The notes: generated from the letters alone by a model not told the origin. A DNA stretch of 64,000 nt from Carcharhinus longimanus (GCA_030264375.1 JASCQW010000081.1:93040923-93104922); one strand, 5' to 3'. Shown: positions 50,101 to 63,182, counted from the stretch's first letter. A program made the numbers and translations.

Positions 50101-51879
50101 TTGGTTGCGTCAGTGCTTTCAGCAGCTGTTTTTTTTTGGTCAATGCTAAGAAATTTAAATGCCAAGCATACAGAATCTAAGTTACAACGTTTGTTTCGAA
50201 CACCATGACTAAGGGTTGCCTTGGTAACAGACTCTGTAGGTTTTTGCAATTTGTTAGCCTAAAGTTTAAAGGAGACACTCCACTAAAGGGAACATTTCAG
50301 ATTTGAATTCGTTGTTGTTGTCAACAACAAACCTATTCTGATGTAGGTCATCAGGCATATGACAGAATTACTCAAATGCTTTCAGTTCAGTTGAACCAGC
50401 AAATGAGCTCGGTGTTGAACCAGAAGAAGAGCCAGATCAACTGAAGCAGTTAAAGATATTCAAGGGAAGTTAGATCAACTCGAGCAGTTAGGTCTTAACT
50501 TTGCCAGCTTCAGATTACTCACGCTCTAACTAGTGAAATGTGGCAAATCATACAGCACTTACTGAGGGCGGACAACCACCGAAGAACTCCAAAACTTCTG
50601 AACACTATGAAACCAAGTAGTACATTTTCTTTGAGAGTGACAAAAATTCGATTATACTCTTTAGATAATGAATGTTCCCTTGTGTTTACTTGAACAACAT
50701 TTCAACCGAACTTTCCACTCAACAAAATGTGACTGATTTGTTAAGGTTTCTGTTGCGATATAAAGTAAAACAATTTATTAATTATTCTCTTAAAACGAGT
50801 GAAGTTTTCGGTCTTTACGTTAATGAACCTCCAAATGTTAAGGTAGTAACACCTTCTCAAATACTTTTGCCAGGTTTCCAAGCAAGGTGAAGGGAATTAA
50901 TCTCTGCGCTGTAATAGAAGTTCATAGAATAAACCTTATCCATTTGTTGGAGAGTGCTTTTTTTTCTGGTGCTCTTGTTTTTTGTCAGATGACAGTGACA
51001 ACATTAAATTAGGAGTACGTCATTCTCTTAAATATATATAAAAAAAATTTACTTTGTTAATATTCATTGAGTAGAACTAGCAGTTTCCGGCTAAACAAAC
51101 ATTCAATGCGCATCAAAAGGCGGTGAAGATCTGCATCCAAGAACACTGCAAATCGTACCGTACACATACAATCATAGTGTTTTTCGTAACGTTGATTTGG
51201 ACCCAGTGAAATTGAATGATCAGCCATATACTTTAAGGTTCGGGTAGTATTGCTTGGGGTGTGGTGCGGGTGTGGGGTGGCGGAGTACATTGACGGTACT
51301 AGCGGTCTGACCCAGCAGTTCAGCGGCTATGACTTTCCAATTTTATCTTGGAGTTATTTTGGTCAATTCCTGCAGAAGCTGTTTGTGCACAATTACCTCA
51401 CGGCATGAATTTGCCTTGTGGGAAAGACAGTGTCAATTGGTTAGGGCGGCCTTTGCAGAATGGTTAGCTGATAGAGTGGGCTTGCAAATCAAGCTGTCCA
51501 TTTTCTTTTGTATATCGCTGAGGCTGTTTAGTATTACTGGAGTTAAATCTATCAAGACAGGCCGAATGTACTCCTATTCCTTATTTTAACGTCGCCGATA
51601 GTGGACAAGATTTTTTGGAAAGGGGTAAAATGGGACAAGAAATGATTAACGTGTGACGCGATTCGTAGCCTCTCACTTGCTGTTTCCAGTCAAAGTATTT
51701 ATATGATGGCACTGTTTGCTTTCTGGTTGAGAACGACCCAAACAATCATGATAACGTTGGATTCCGCGATTGGTGTAAATGGATGATTTTCTCCTCTTCC
51801 AGAAAGCTGTTCCCTCGCAATTTTCTGGCGGGAATGTTACTTGCACTTGGCAGCCCAAGCCGGGCTAATGAGAAAAAAT

Positions 51880-52730
51880 AACATAGAACGAAGTAAAGCA
51901 AAGGATAGGGACAGACCCTTGAGCCTTAAAGCCTGCGCCGGTCATGATACCTGCCTGAACTAAAGCCGTATGCAATTACGAAGTCATTATCCTCCTACTA
52001 CCGTCCTATTCATCTATTTGCCTCGTTGGCCCTTATTGCCGCTATCGTACCTCGTCCCACCAACTCCCCGCGGAATGAAATCCAGGCATTTTCCGCATCC
52101 TATATAAAACGCTTGTCTTTACATCTCCTCTAAACTTCTCCCTAGCACCTTAAATCTATGTCTCCTAGTACTTGACATTTCTACTCCAGGAAAGGGCATC
52201 TGACTGTACGCTGTGTCCGTGCCACGAATAAACGTCTATCAGGTCACCATCAGCCTTCTTCGTTCCATTGAGAACAAACCAAGTCTACCCAAAATCTCAT
52301 AGCTAATACACTCCAGACAAGGCAACGTACTGGTAAAACTCTTCTGCACCCTACCCAGAGTATCCACATCCATCTCGTATTGTGGCGACTAGAAATGCAT
52401 TCTAAATTAGGCCTAAGTAATATTCTGTATAGCAGCAGCATGAGCTACCATGTTTTTTATACTTAATGTTTCGATTGATGAAGGCAAGAATGTTGTATTT
52501 TTTCTAAACTAGCTAATCGACCTACGTTGCAATCTTCACTGATCCGTTGACCTCTCAACCTTCCTGTTCCTAAGGTTTGTACCATTTACTGTACAATCTC
52601 TACTTGCATTAGACCTTCAAACATGCATTACTTCACAGTTCGCTAGACTAAACTCCATCTGTCTTTTCTCTGCCCAGGCCTCCAACCGGTCTGCATCTTG
52701 CTGTGTCCTCCGGCAATCCTACTCACTGCA
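51880..52730 (-). mobile_element. CR1 LINE 3' fragment
   Basis: ORF 52250-52441 MLLLYRILLRPNLEC; CR1 UTR and tail at 51880-51990. Confidence 0.85.
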
Positions 52731-55700
52731 CCAATTTGACTTTCACAAAAAAAAAGCTTCGTATTGATTATTTTCAAATCCTTGATACTCGCAGGCATTC
52801 ACAACGTTTTGACACATTGTATGACGGGCCACACTTTTAACAATGCAACAACCTGTTATTAGCGGAGATGTTGGAGCAGCGCTATGTAATAATTGCAGTC
52901 AAACAATTACTATTTGTACAGCTGGCCCAATGAGGCACAATGTCTGAATAAATCAATTTTGCAAAAAAAAGGAGTAATCGCCAAGGAAAATGGAAGTCAG
53001 TGGCACAGACACATTGACCAGACGAGTCGTGTTAAGGCCAAAGCGAATCAGGAATTTATTTTCTCACTGCCACAGTCAAACAACCCCTGCAAAATAATAG
53101 GAGTGACATCGAGGAACATGAAGATTATTGGAAGGAAATTCAAACAAAAAAAAACAAATCGCTACTACATATATAGGTTATTTTCGAAGTGTCTTGTCTC
53201 ATTCTGCTGAGATAGCGACGTAAAACGAATTAATCTTCTCAAAACTCGTACTGTGTCATGTAATCCATCAGATCTGAAATGATGGACCGTTGACCTTCAA
53301 CAGTAAGTTACTTTCTCTTCAGTGGGAATCTCGCCTGCTGAATTCTCTTAATCTAAAATACCGGTATTTGCAATATTTTGCTTCTAACCTTTCCAAAATT
53401 AAACTACGGGCTGCTGACTGGAATTAATAATTTCCAACTGCCGGAAAGCAATTCAGTTTCTGTTGTTCTCTGCATTCCTCTGTATAACAACATTGACATT
53501 AAATTAGGAATACCTGTTTTGCAAACAAAGAAAAATACAAATTGACCGTTGTTTTCATTACGTCATGGGATTTTATGTGTTTGTTGTCGAGTCCAATATT
53601 TTGTGTTCATCAAAAGAGTCTGGTGATCTGCATCTTTGAAGCCTGTAGATCGTACGGTGCGCATACACCCACAACGATGTTGGACTGGGTGTTCCATGAC
53701 TTTCGCCCAGTGAAATTGAAGCTACGCGATATATTGTAATGTCGGGTTGGTGATGGCTAAGGTATGTTTGTGTGCGGTAGGGGTTGTTGAGAGCGTCCAG
53801 TGATAATTGTCCTGACAATTCCGTTTCCAGAGGTCATGTGTTTGGAATTTGCCATTGTTTGATGAACTCCTGCAGAGGCATCTTATTCACAATGATACCA
53901 CTGAGGGAGGAGGTTGGCTTGCGACATTGTAGGGTGAGGTCTTTATGGAATTTCAGTGCATGGAGCGGGATTGAACATCAAGGCGTCTGCTTTCTATTGG
54001 ATGTCATTGTGGCTGTTGAGTACTGATGGAGCTTTGCCTAACAAGAGAGTTCTTTGGTATTCATTCACAATATGCGTTGGAGGTGATGGAAACTTTTTTT
54101 TTTGGAAAGCATCGACTGGGACAACGAGTTACACATTTCACAGCCTCCAACTTGATGTTCTAGCGACAGCATTTATACAGCGGGCACAGTTCTATTTCCG
54201 ATCGCGAACAACCCGAAGGATGTTAATAAAAATAGATGCTGCGATTGTATTGCCGTTTAATCTAAATGAGTGATGGCCACGTTCTCTTTCATCTTGGTGC
54301 AGTTGGTTACATCGCAATTGTGTGGCGTAAATGCTACTTGCCACTTGTCACCCCAAGCCTGAATTGATCTCGAGATGATAAATTCCACTTAACAATCATT
54401 AATACCTTTACATGTGCAACCGATTGCAGCATTTCAGTACACTGTATATATCTACTCGCTTATTGAACAATAAAACATCCGATTATTAACGGAAATGCTC
54501 GAGCATCACTGTAGTGATTACAGGAATTTGGCGCAAACAATTGCAAATTGGACGTTTGGCCTCATGGCCCACAATGGCTTTGGGCACCATTGTACGACCA
54601 AAGTGGAAGCAATCGTCAAGGAAAGTGAAGGCAACACTGGAAATCGAGGCTGTCACCAAGCAAGATGAGATAAGACCAGAATGCAAAACATTTTAAGTGT
54701 ACTGGTGCCACAGGAAAGTAAACCCTCCAAAACATTAAGAGTCACATTGAGGCACATGTGACAGATTGGAAAAGAGGTACGAAAAATGGACTTATTCATA
54801 TCTTACCTGATCCGGTGTCCAAAATGTCTTGCGCCACTTAAATGGACAAATATAACTGATTAATCATTCCAAACCTCGAAGCGTGCCACAGAACATAAAA
54901 GTATTGAAATGACTGGTGGTTGCCCTTAATGCATAATAACATTCCTTTCTGGGAGACTGTTTCATGCTCACACTTCCATCTCCTTTCTTTTAAAAAAAAA
55001 GTAATTCAAGTGTCTGCAGTATCTTGCTTTTACTGTCTTCAAAATTAAAGTGATGGGACGAGAGCGAATCGGAATTAGTCATGTTCAGTTGATGGAATGC
55101 TGTTCACTTACTGTGTTGTCTTTCGTTAGATAACAACAGTAATACTAAATTTGGAATACATGTGTTTGCTTCCAAAAAAGAAAGCATGAATTTGTGTCAT
55201 TGTTTACCATCATTCATGAAATGTAATGGTCGCTAGCTGGACAAGAATCCAATATTCATCAGAAGGTGGTGATTATCTGCATCCTTAAAGCCCAGAAGGT
55301 CATACCGTTTATATGTTCCCACAATCATGTTAGAATAGGTGTTCCATGATTACACCCGGCGAAATATAAGTTACTGCAATATATTTTAACCTTAGGCTTG
55401 TGTCGGCTTTTGGTGTGTGTGTGGGGATAGGGGGGGGGGGGGGGGGGGGNNNNNNNNNNNNNNNNNNNTTACATGCAATTCCATTTCTATAAGTCATCGA
55501 TCATGTGATTGCAATTTGCTATTGGAGTTATTTTGATAAAATGCTGCATAGGCCTACTGTTCACAATGACGCCACTGAGGGCGGATGGCTTGCCGGAGTG
55601 TCAAGGTGGAGTCTATACGGATTGTTGGCTGACGATGTGGTTTTCAGTATCAAGCCGTATGTTTTCTGCGGATGTCGCAGACGTTGTTGCGTGTTGTTGG

Positions 55701-58700
55701 AGCCGAATCTATTGACCACGTTCGAAGCTATTCAATCACGCTCCCCATTTGTACGCTGTGGATGGTGAACAGTGTTTTTTTTAAGTAATAGGCTGGGCGA
55801 AGAAGTGATATAACTCGTTGCACGCTTCCTAGCCTCTTGTTTGTTTGTCTAGCAACAATATTGTACAGCTGGCATAGTTAGGTTTCTGATCAGGACAGAA
55901 CAACACTTACGGGGTTAAATGGCAGTGGATTCAGCGATTTTCAGGCCATTTAATCTAAATGAATGGTTGTCATGTATTCGCAACTCTTGGAACAATTGGT
56001 TACCCGGCAACACTTTGACACAGATGCAACAAACGTCTTGTCCGCCCAACCTGGCATAATCAGGAACGCGTGGATTTCACTAGATAATTTTGCAAAACTT
56101 GACATTCGCAGAAAATTGAAAAGTTTTAGTGGTGTATGACGATTCGCTCATTGAGCAATTGAAAATAGTGTTATTAACGGACATTTTCGAGCAGCACTTA
56201 GTAACAATTACGCGCTGTTGGATCAATCACTTAAAAGGGACCCGATGGCCCAGTGACACACAATTACTGGGGCATAATTTTACCAAAAACGCAGAAGAAG
56301 GCGCCTAGAAACGTCGAATTCAATTCTACAAATGAAACAATTTACGAGATGAGAGTGTAAACGGTTCTAGTTTTAAATGTGCCATCATTTCCAATCCCAC
56401 GAAATCATTAACCGAGGCATTGAGCCGCATTAATATTATTGGAAGGAGAAAGACACGAAAAATTGACTTCTTCATAAGCGATGTGATCGTGTGTCCCAAA
56501 TGTCTCTCTCTGCTCAAATTGGGGACTTACACGGATTATTCATCCCAAAGCTCGAAGTGTGACACTGAGTTTACCCGATTTCAAATGGCGAGATATTGAA
56601 CTTGATGAGTAACTGTCTTTCCTTTCCTGCTCAACCTTCTAGCATTTGTCATTTTCACTTAATATTCCAATATCGCTATATTGTGCTTTAAATATTTCCC
56701 AAATGCGATTGATGTCGCGAGAATCGAATGGAAATTAATGATTTCCACTTGGCTGAAAGCGATTCACTATCTGCTGTATTCTGCGTTTCGTTGTATAACA
56801 ACGGTGACATTAAATTTGGAGTACCTCTTTTTGAAAACAAAACAAAACGTACGAACTTGTCCGTTGTTTGTGTTAATTCATGAAAATCCACGCGTTTGCT
56901 GTCGAATCCACTACTTCGTATTCATTAAGACGCCCTGGTGACCTGCATCTATGAAACTCTCTTGGCCATACCGTGCACCCAACAGCCCTGTTAGTTCGGA
57001 TGTTCTATGACTTTCGCTCAGAGAAATTGAAGTTTCGGCAGTACATTGTAATGTCGAGTTGGTGTTGGCTACAGCATGTGTGCATGGTGGGGGCGGAAGG
57101 ATCGAACAATTGATTATGCTACTGACAGTTCCGCTTCGACGAATCAGCCTTCTTATGTTTGGAATTTGCCATTGTCTGATGAATTCCTGAAGGGGAATCT
57201 TGTTGACACTCGTTATTTGTACATTGTAATTGGCAGATTTTCTTTTTTGTGAAGTGGTCAGCTGGGACAAAAAAGTGCTTAACTTGTTATACACTTCGAA
57301 GCCTCTACCTTATTATTCCAGCCGCATTGTGTATACAGCGGCACAGTTCTCTTTCTGGTTAAGAACGATACCAAGGCTCTTGATAACAATGGTTTCAGCG
57401 ATATTTTAGAATTGAAACGATGGTCATGTACTGTTTCACTTTGGAGTAGGTGGTTATATCTCAATTCTGTGGCATGAATGTTATTTGCTGATTTTCGGCT
57501 ACAGCAGTGATTAATCTAGAAATCATGAATTCCACGTAATGATGATCGAAACCTTAACAGAGACAGGCAATTGCACCTTTTTAGTACAGTGTATGCCACT
57601 CGCTTATTGAACGGTGCAACAATCTATTACTAACGGATTTTTTCAAGCACAACTGTGCAGTAATTACAGTAACTTGCATCAAATTATTGCAAATTGGACT
57701 GTTGTCCTAATTGCCCACAAGGTCTGTGGACGCCATCGTACCATAAAAAAGTTGGAAGCAACCATCAAGGAAAAGCAAAAGCAATACGGCGAATCAGGAA
57801 TTTTATGTTACCAGACGAGATAAGGCCAACATACAAAACATATTAATTTTGCAGTGCCACAGGAAAGCAGACCCTCCAAAATATTAAGAGTGGCTCTGAG
57901 GCACTTCTATTAGAAGAAGAGGTCCGAATGTTAGACTTCTTCATATGTTACCTGATCCTGTGTCCAATATGTAGAGCTCAAGTCAAATGGACAAGTAAAA
58001 CTGATTAATCTTTCCAAACCTCAAAGTGTGCCGCACAGCATATAATAATTGAAATGACTGCTAGTTGACTTTCATAAGCAACTGGAAGCCGGTTTTCTGA
58101 AGAAGATCCCATCTCACTTTTTAAAAAAAATTAAAATCCAATTTTCTGCAGTACTTTGTTTTTACTCTTTTCAAATTTAAACTGATGTGTTGGAGAACTA
58201 ATTAATAATTTTCAATGGATGGAGAACTATTCATTTTCGAGTGTTTCTGTCTTTCGTAAAGTAATACAGTCACACGAATATGGGAGTACATGCATTTGTA
58301 AACAAAACAAAAACGAAAATGTAGTTTGCTTATCTTCATTCATGTAATGAAGCGGTTGCTATCTAGACCAGAACTTAATGTTGATCAGAAAGTGTTGGTG
58401 ATCTGCATTCTTGAAGTCCTGCACATCCCACTTCCATGTCAATCTAGGTGTTCCTTGAAATTTACCCTCCAAAATTAAAGACACTGCAATATATATTAAT
58501 GTCGGGTTGGAGTTGGTTACGGTGTGTGCGGTATATGTGATTTTGGGCGTGTCGGGGCGGAGGCAGCTGGATGTGTTACAAACAATTTCGTTTGTACAAC
58601 TCTGCCGTCGTGTGATTGAAATTTCCTGTTGGAGTTATTTTGATAAATTCCTGCAGGGCCCTATTGTTCACAATGATGTCGTTGAGGAAGGATAGGTTGC

Positions 58701-59234
58701 AGGATTGTGGGAGTGGGACCTTTATTGTTTGAAGGCTAACCATGTGGTTCTCAACATCAAGCTGTGTGTTTTCTATTCGATGTCGCCGATGTTGTTGAGC
58801 ATTGTTAGCGCAATATCTATTAAGACACGTTGGGACTATTCCATGAAACTCAGGACTTGTAGATTGGAGATGGTGGGTGGTGGGCCGAGTCCTGGAGTAG
58901 GAGCGGCAGGAACAACAAATGGTTAACTTGTTCTCAACGTCCTCGCCTGTCACATGCTGTTTGAGCCATCTCATGTATATAGCCGACCCAATTCATTTTC
59001 TGGCCAGAAACAATCAGTGCAATCAGTGATTGTATTGCCATTTAATCTCAATGGAAGATAATCATTTTGTCGTTCTTCTTGCAGCAGGTTGTTGTTTCGC
59101 AATTGTGTGGTGTGAATGTTTCTTGCCAGTTTTCCACCCAAGACAGAGGAACCCTGAATTTCAACGAGTAATCTTGAAAACCTTGATATTCACACACAGT
59201 TACATCATTTTAAAGTTCAAAATTGTTTGTTAGA

Positions 59235-59410
59235 CACAAGTAGGCTTGTATTAAGACTGCAATGAAGTTACTGCGGTAATCCCCAATCAAAACACGCTGG
59301 TTCAACTTTGGATACGCCTGAGGACAAATTTAGCATGGCGAATCAACGTAACCAGCACAACTTTCGACTTTGAGTGGAAACTGGAGTACCCAGAGGAAAG
59401 CCACACAGAC
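59235..59410 (-). mobile_element. V-SINE fragment truncated by CR1
   Basis: ggaaactggagtacccagaggaaagccacacagaca; the tail resembles the SINE at 18430. Confidence 0.65.
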
Positions 59411-60202
59411 ATAAGAACATGAGAACTAGGAGCAGGAATACACAATCTGGCTCCTCAAGCCTGCTCCGCCCTTCAGTAGGATCATGGCTGATCTTGTCCT
59501 TGTCTCAGTCCCCTTATCCACACACTCACCAGAACCCTTAATTCCTTTACTGTTCAAAAAATGTATCTATCCTTGCCTTAAAAAAAACATTCAATGGCAT
59601 AGCCTCACCTGCTTCACTGGGCAGGCAATTCCACAGATTCACAACCCTTTGTTTGAAGAAGTTCCTCCTCAGTTCAGTCCTAAATCTGCTTCCCAATATT
59701 TTGAGGCTATGTCGCAATATTCTCGTTTCACCTGCCAGTGAGGAAAAAAAAAACTTCCCTGCTTCTAACTTATTTATTCCCTTCATAATCTTTTTTTTCT
59801 ATAAGGTCTCCTCTCATTCATCTGAACTCCAATGAGCATAATCCCAGTCTAAGCAGTCTCTCCTCATAAACTAACCCTCTCAATTCCAGAATCAACCGAG
59901 CGAATATCCACTGCACCCCCTCCAGTGCCAGTTTATCCTTTTTCAAGTAAGGAGACCAAAACAGTACACAGTATTCCAGGTGCGGCCCCAGAAGCACCAT
60001 ATACAGCTGCAACGTAACATCATTCCGTTTAAACTCCATTCCTGTAGGAATGGAGGATAAAATTGAATTTGCCCTCTTAATTACCTGCTGCACCTGCAAA
60101 CCAACTCCTGGGATTATTGCACAAGGATACCCAGGTCGCTCTGCACCACAGCACGCTGTTTTTTTTTACCATTTATAATTTGGTCCATTTTGCTGTTATT
60201 CC
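59410..60202 (-). mobile_element. Relatively young CR1 LINE 3' fragment
   Basis: ORFs 59818-60099 (LLGPHLEYCVLFWSPYLKKD) and 59547-59786 (HSLKILGSRFRTELRRNFFKQRVVNLWN); tail TTCTTATGT. Confidence 0.92.
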
Positions 60203-60302
60203 NNNNNNNNNNNNNNNNNNNNNNNNNNNNNNNNNNNNNNNNNNNNNNNNNNNNNNNNNNNNNNNNNNNNNNNNNNNNNNNNNNNNNNNNNNNNNNNNNN
60301 NN

Positions 60303-60450
60303 TTGGTAGGCAAGGGGATTAAGGGTTATGGGGAGAAAGCGGGAAAGTGGAACTGAGCCACTTCAGATCAGCCATGATCGTATTGAATGGCGGGGCAGGC
60401 TCGAAGGGCTAGATGGCCTACTCCTGCCCCTACTTCTTATGTTCTTATGT
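60303..60450 (+). mobile_element. CR1 3' UTR/tail
   Basis: aagggttatggggagaaagcggg...gggctagatggcctactcctgcccctacttcttatgttcttatg. Confidence 0.85.
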
Positions 60451-60473
60451 TAATCTGCGTCGAAACGACACCT

Positions 60474-60575
60474 CTAAGGAAGGGTCACCTTCATAGGAAA
60501 CATTGGTTCCCTTCTCTCTCATCTGATGTGGTCAGACTGCTGAGATTTTCTAGCTTTTTTTGTGTTTTTGTCATC
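60474..60575 (+). mobile_element. Short Penelope-related repeat (degenerate hammerhead-bearing end); second copy at ~62283-62380
   Basis: ctaaggaagggtcacc...gaaacatt...gtcagactgctgagattttctagc versus ctgatgaagggtcaccttgacc...gtcacactgctgggactttcc. Confidence 0.5.
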
Positions 60576-62883
60576 AGTGTGTACGTCGTATACGTTCCTC
60601 TATGCAATGTAACAGTTGCGGCTTGAATCAGAATTTCACACCTCATATGAGGCAATGTGCTCCTTCAAATAATCCCTGCAGACCATGCCTTCGACTTACA
60701 CTCATCGTGCAGTAATGGCAGTGTTCGATGACTTTGACTCGGTGAAATTGAAGGAAGGGCAATATATTTTCATAAGCGTGGTGTTGGATTGGAGGATACA
60801 TTAAACATAGTTGTGCGATTGCCCCTATAAAGGTTAGTCCCTTGCGTTTGGAATGTGCTAATCGAGTTCTCCGCATGAATTCCTGAAGAGGCATCCAGTA
60901 TTCAGATACGAAATTATGACACCTTTCTTTTAAGTGGGTTTAGTGATTTAACAATCCTGGTGTGAGTAGGGAGGGGGAAAGGTGTGCTTGGGGGCAAGGG
61001 TAAAATTCAAGCCGTCTGTTTTTTTTCTCCCATGCAGTTGAAGTTGTTGAGTATTGTTAGAGCATCACATATGAAGCCAATTTAAGGGCATTCAATCAGA
61101 CTCCTCATTTGTTCATTGTAGACTGTTTTCTGGTTTTGGTAGGAAGTGAAAAAAACTGAGTTACTCGCCACATGATTCCCTGATTTTAACCTGCTGTTCT
61201 CGCCATATTATTTATATATCGGCGCTAATTCACTTTCTGATCAATGCTGACTCCAAGGTATTGATTACGATGGATTCAGTGGTGGTGTTTCAAATCACTT
61301 CAATGGGAATAGTTATGTATCCTGTCTATTGGAGCAGCTGGTTGCCTCGCAATTCGGCGGCGAATGCTTCTTGTCCAATTTTGGCATACGCCTGGTAGTC
61401 CGGAAAACGTGAATTCCATTAAAGTAAGCCTGTTAATCTCAGATAATTCCATCATTTTAATACAGTGTATAACTATTCCCTCTTAACAACAACGGAAAAG
61501 GAAAGTTGTGATCGGAACTAATAGAGCAGCATTGTATAATATTTACAGTCAATCGGATCAAACATTTGCAAATTAAACAGGTGGCCCTATGACACGCAGT
61601 GGCTGGAAAGATCATTGAACCAAACAAATGGGAACAAGTGTGGGAAAAAAATGAAATGAATAGCACAAATAACAGTAGAGCGCGCAATAGGTATTCGTTT
61701 TCTTGACACTACAGAAAAGCATTTCCTCTAAAATGTTAAGAGTGACATTAAGGCCCACTTAGATTATTTGATGAGGAGTGGTCTGAAAATAAATGACTTT
61801 TTCATATGTTACCTGCTCGTATATCCAAGCCATCTTTTTCTGTTCAAATGGATAGGTAAAACTAGTTAATTGTCCCAAAAATTGAAGTGTTCTATAGAAT
61901 TTCACAAATTTGAAATGGCGAGTCATGGACCTTTCTCAGTAACTCGCTTTATTTTCAGGAAGACCCATGTGTGCCTGACTCTCCACCGCTTATTTTATTT
62001 TAGATTCCCAGCATCGACAGCATTCTGCCTTTGAACCTTTGAATCTTACATTGATAAAATGGGAAGTTAAATGGAATGAATAATTTCATATTGAACGAAA
62101 GATATTTATTTACCCGCCGCTTTACATTCTGTTGGATGAAAATTGAATTAGCAAGGCCTGGCTTGGTGAAAAAAAAAGTGACGGTTGTGTGCATTAAGAT
62201 AAGGCAAATACAACGGATTTTGGGATCTGAAATTAAAATAAAAATAGTTCTGATTAAGGGTCATGGCGACTTGAATAGTGAGCTCTGATGAAGGGTCACC
62301 TTGACCTGTTATGGACTCTATCTTCTCCCAAGGCTTGCGGTCACACTGCTGGGACTTTCCAATATTTTCAGCTGCGTTTTACTGTCTTGTTCGTATTCCT
62401 TCTTCAAACGTGGCAGACCATAATTTCACACCCGTAAGAAAAAAAGTGGTGAATTGCATCAAATAACACTCTGGGGATATGCCTTGTAGGTACACCGACA
62501 GTGATTTTAAGTAAGGGTTCCAGGACTTTTACTCAGTCGAAGTGAAAGAACGGCCATTTATTTCCATGTGGCTTGCCTGGGAATTTGAAGTGCTGGTGGC
62601 AGTGCCTTTCTGAAAGTTATGGTCTGGCGATTGGAATATCCTACTTGAATTATGATGATGAATTTCTGCAGAGACACCCTGTACAAGTTTTGTTATTTTG
62701 ACGGATTTCGTTGGATGGGGTATATTTACCAGTTGAAGATAGACGGAAAACCGGCTTGCAGATGCAGCATTCCGCCATGTTTTCCATGATTTGGAAGTCT
62801 ATGAGTCCTGCTGGAGCAACTCTATCAAGGCAGTTAGACGTTATTCAATCAGGCTGCAAACCTGTTCGTTGTAGAAGGTGAAC

Positions 62884-63182
62884 GGCGTAGTGGCACAATT
62901 GTTAGCACTGTGCCAGGGACACGTATTCAATTCTGCCTTCGTGCACTGTCTGTGCGGAGTTTGCATGTTACCTCTGTGCCGCGTGGGTTTCCTCTAGATG
63001 CTCCAGTTCCCTTCCAAACTCCACAGATATGCATGTTAGGTTGATTGGCTATGCTAAGTTGTCCTTTCGCGTTAGGGGGACAAGCAGGTTAAATAGATGG
63101 TCTTAACATGATAGGGTGGCATTTTAATAGGTGTAGGCTTGATAGACAAATGTTTCTTTCCGCACTGTAGAATCGTATTCTA
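62884..63182 (+). mobile_element. HE1/V-SINE
   Basis: gtggcacaattgttagcact head, ggagtttgcatgtt..gcgtgggtttcctc V-domain, tail gcactgtagaatcgtattcta. Confidence 0.85.

Noticed and set aside
59410-60450. Inverted CR1 pair as a single foldback element
   Set aside because: The two pieces are separated by a 100-N gap of unknown size and their UTRs differ, so the structure cannot be trusted.
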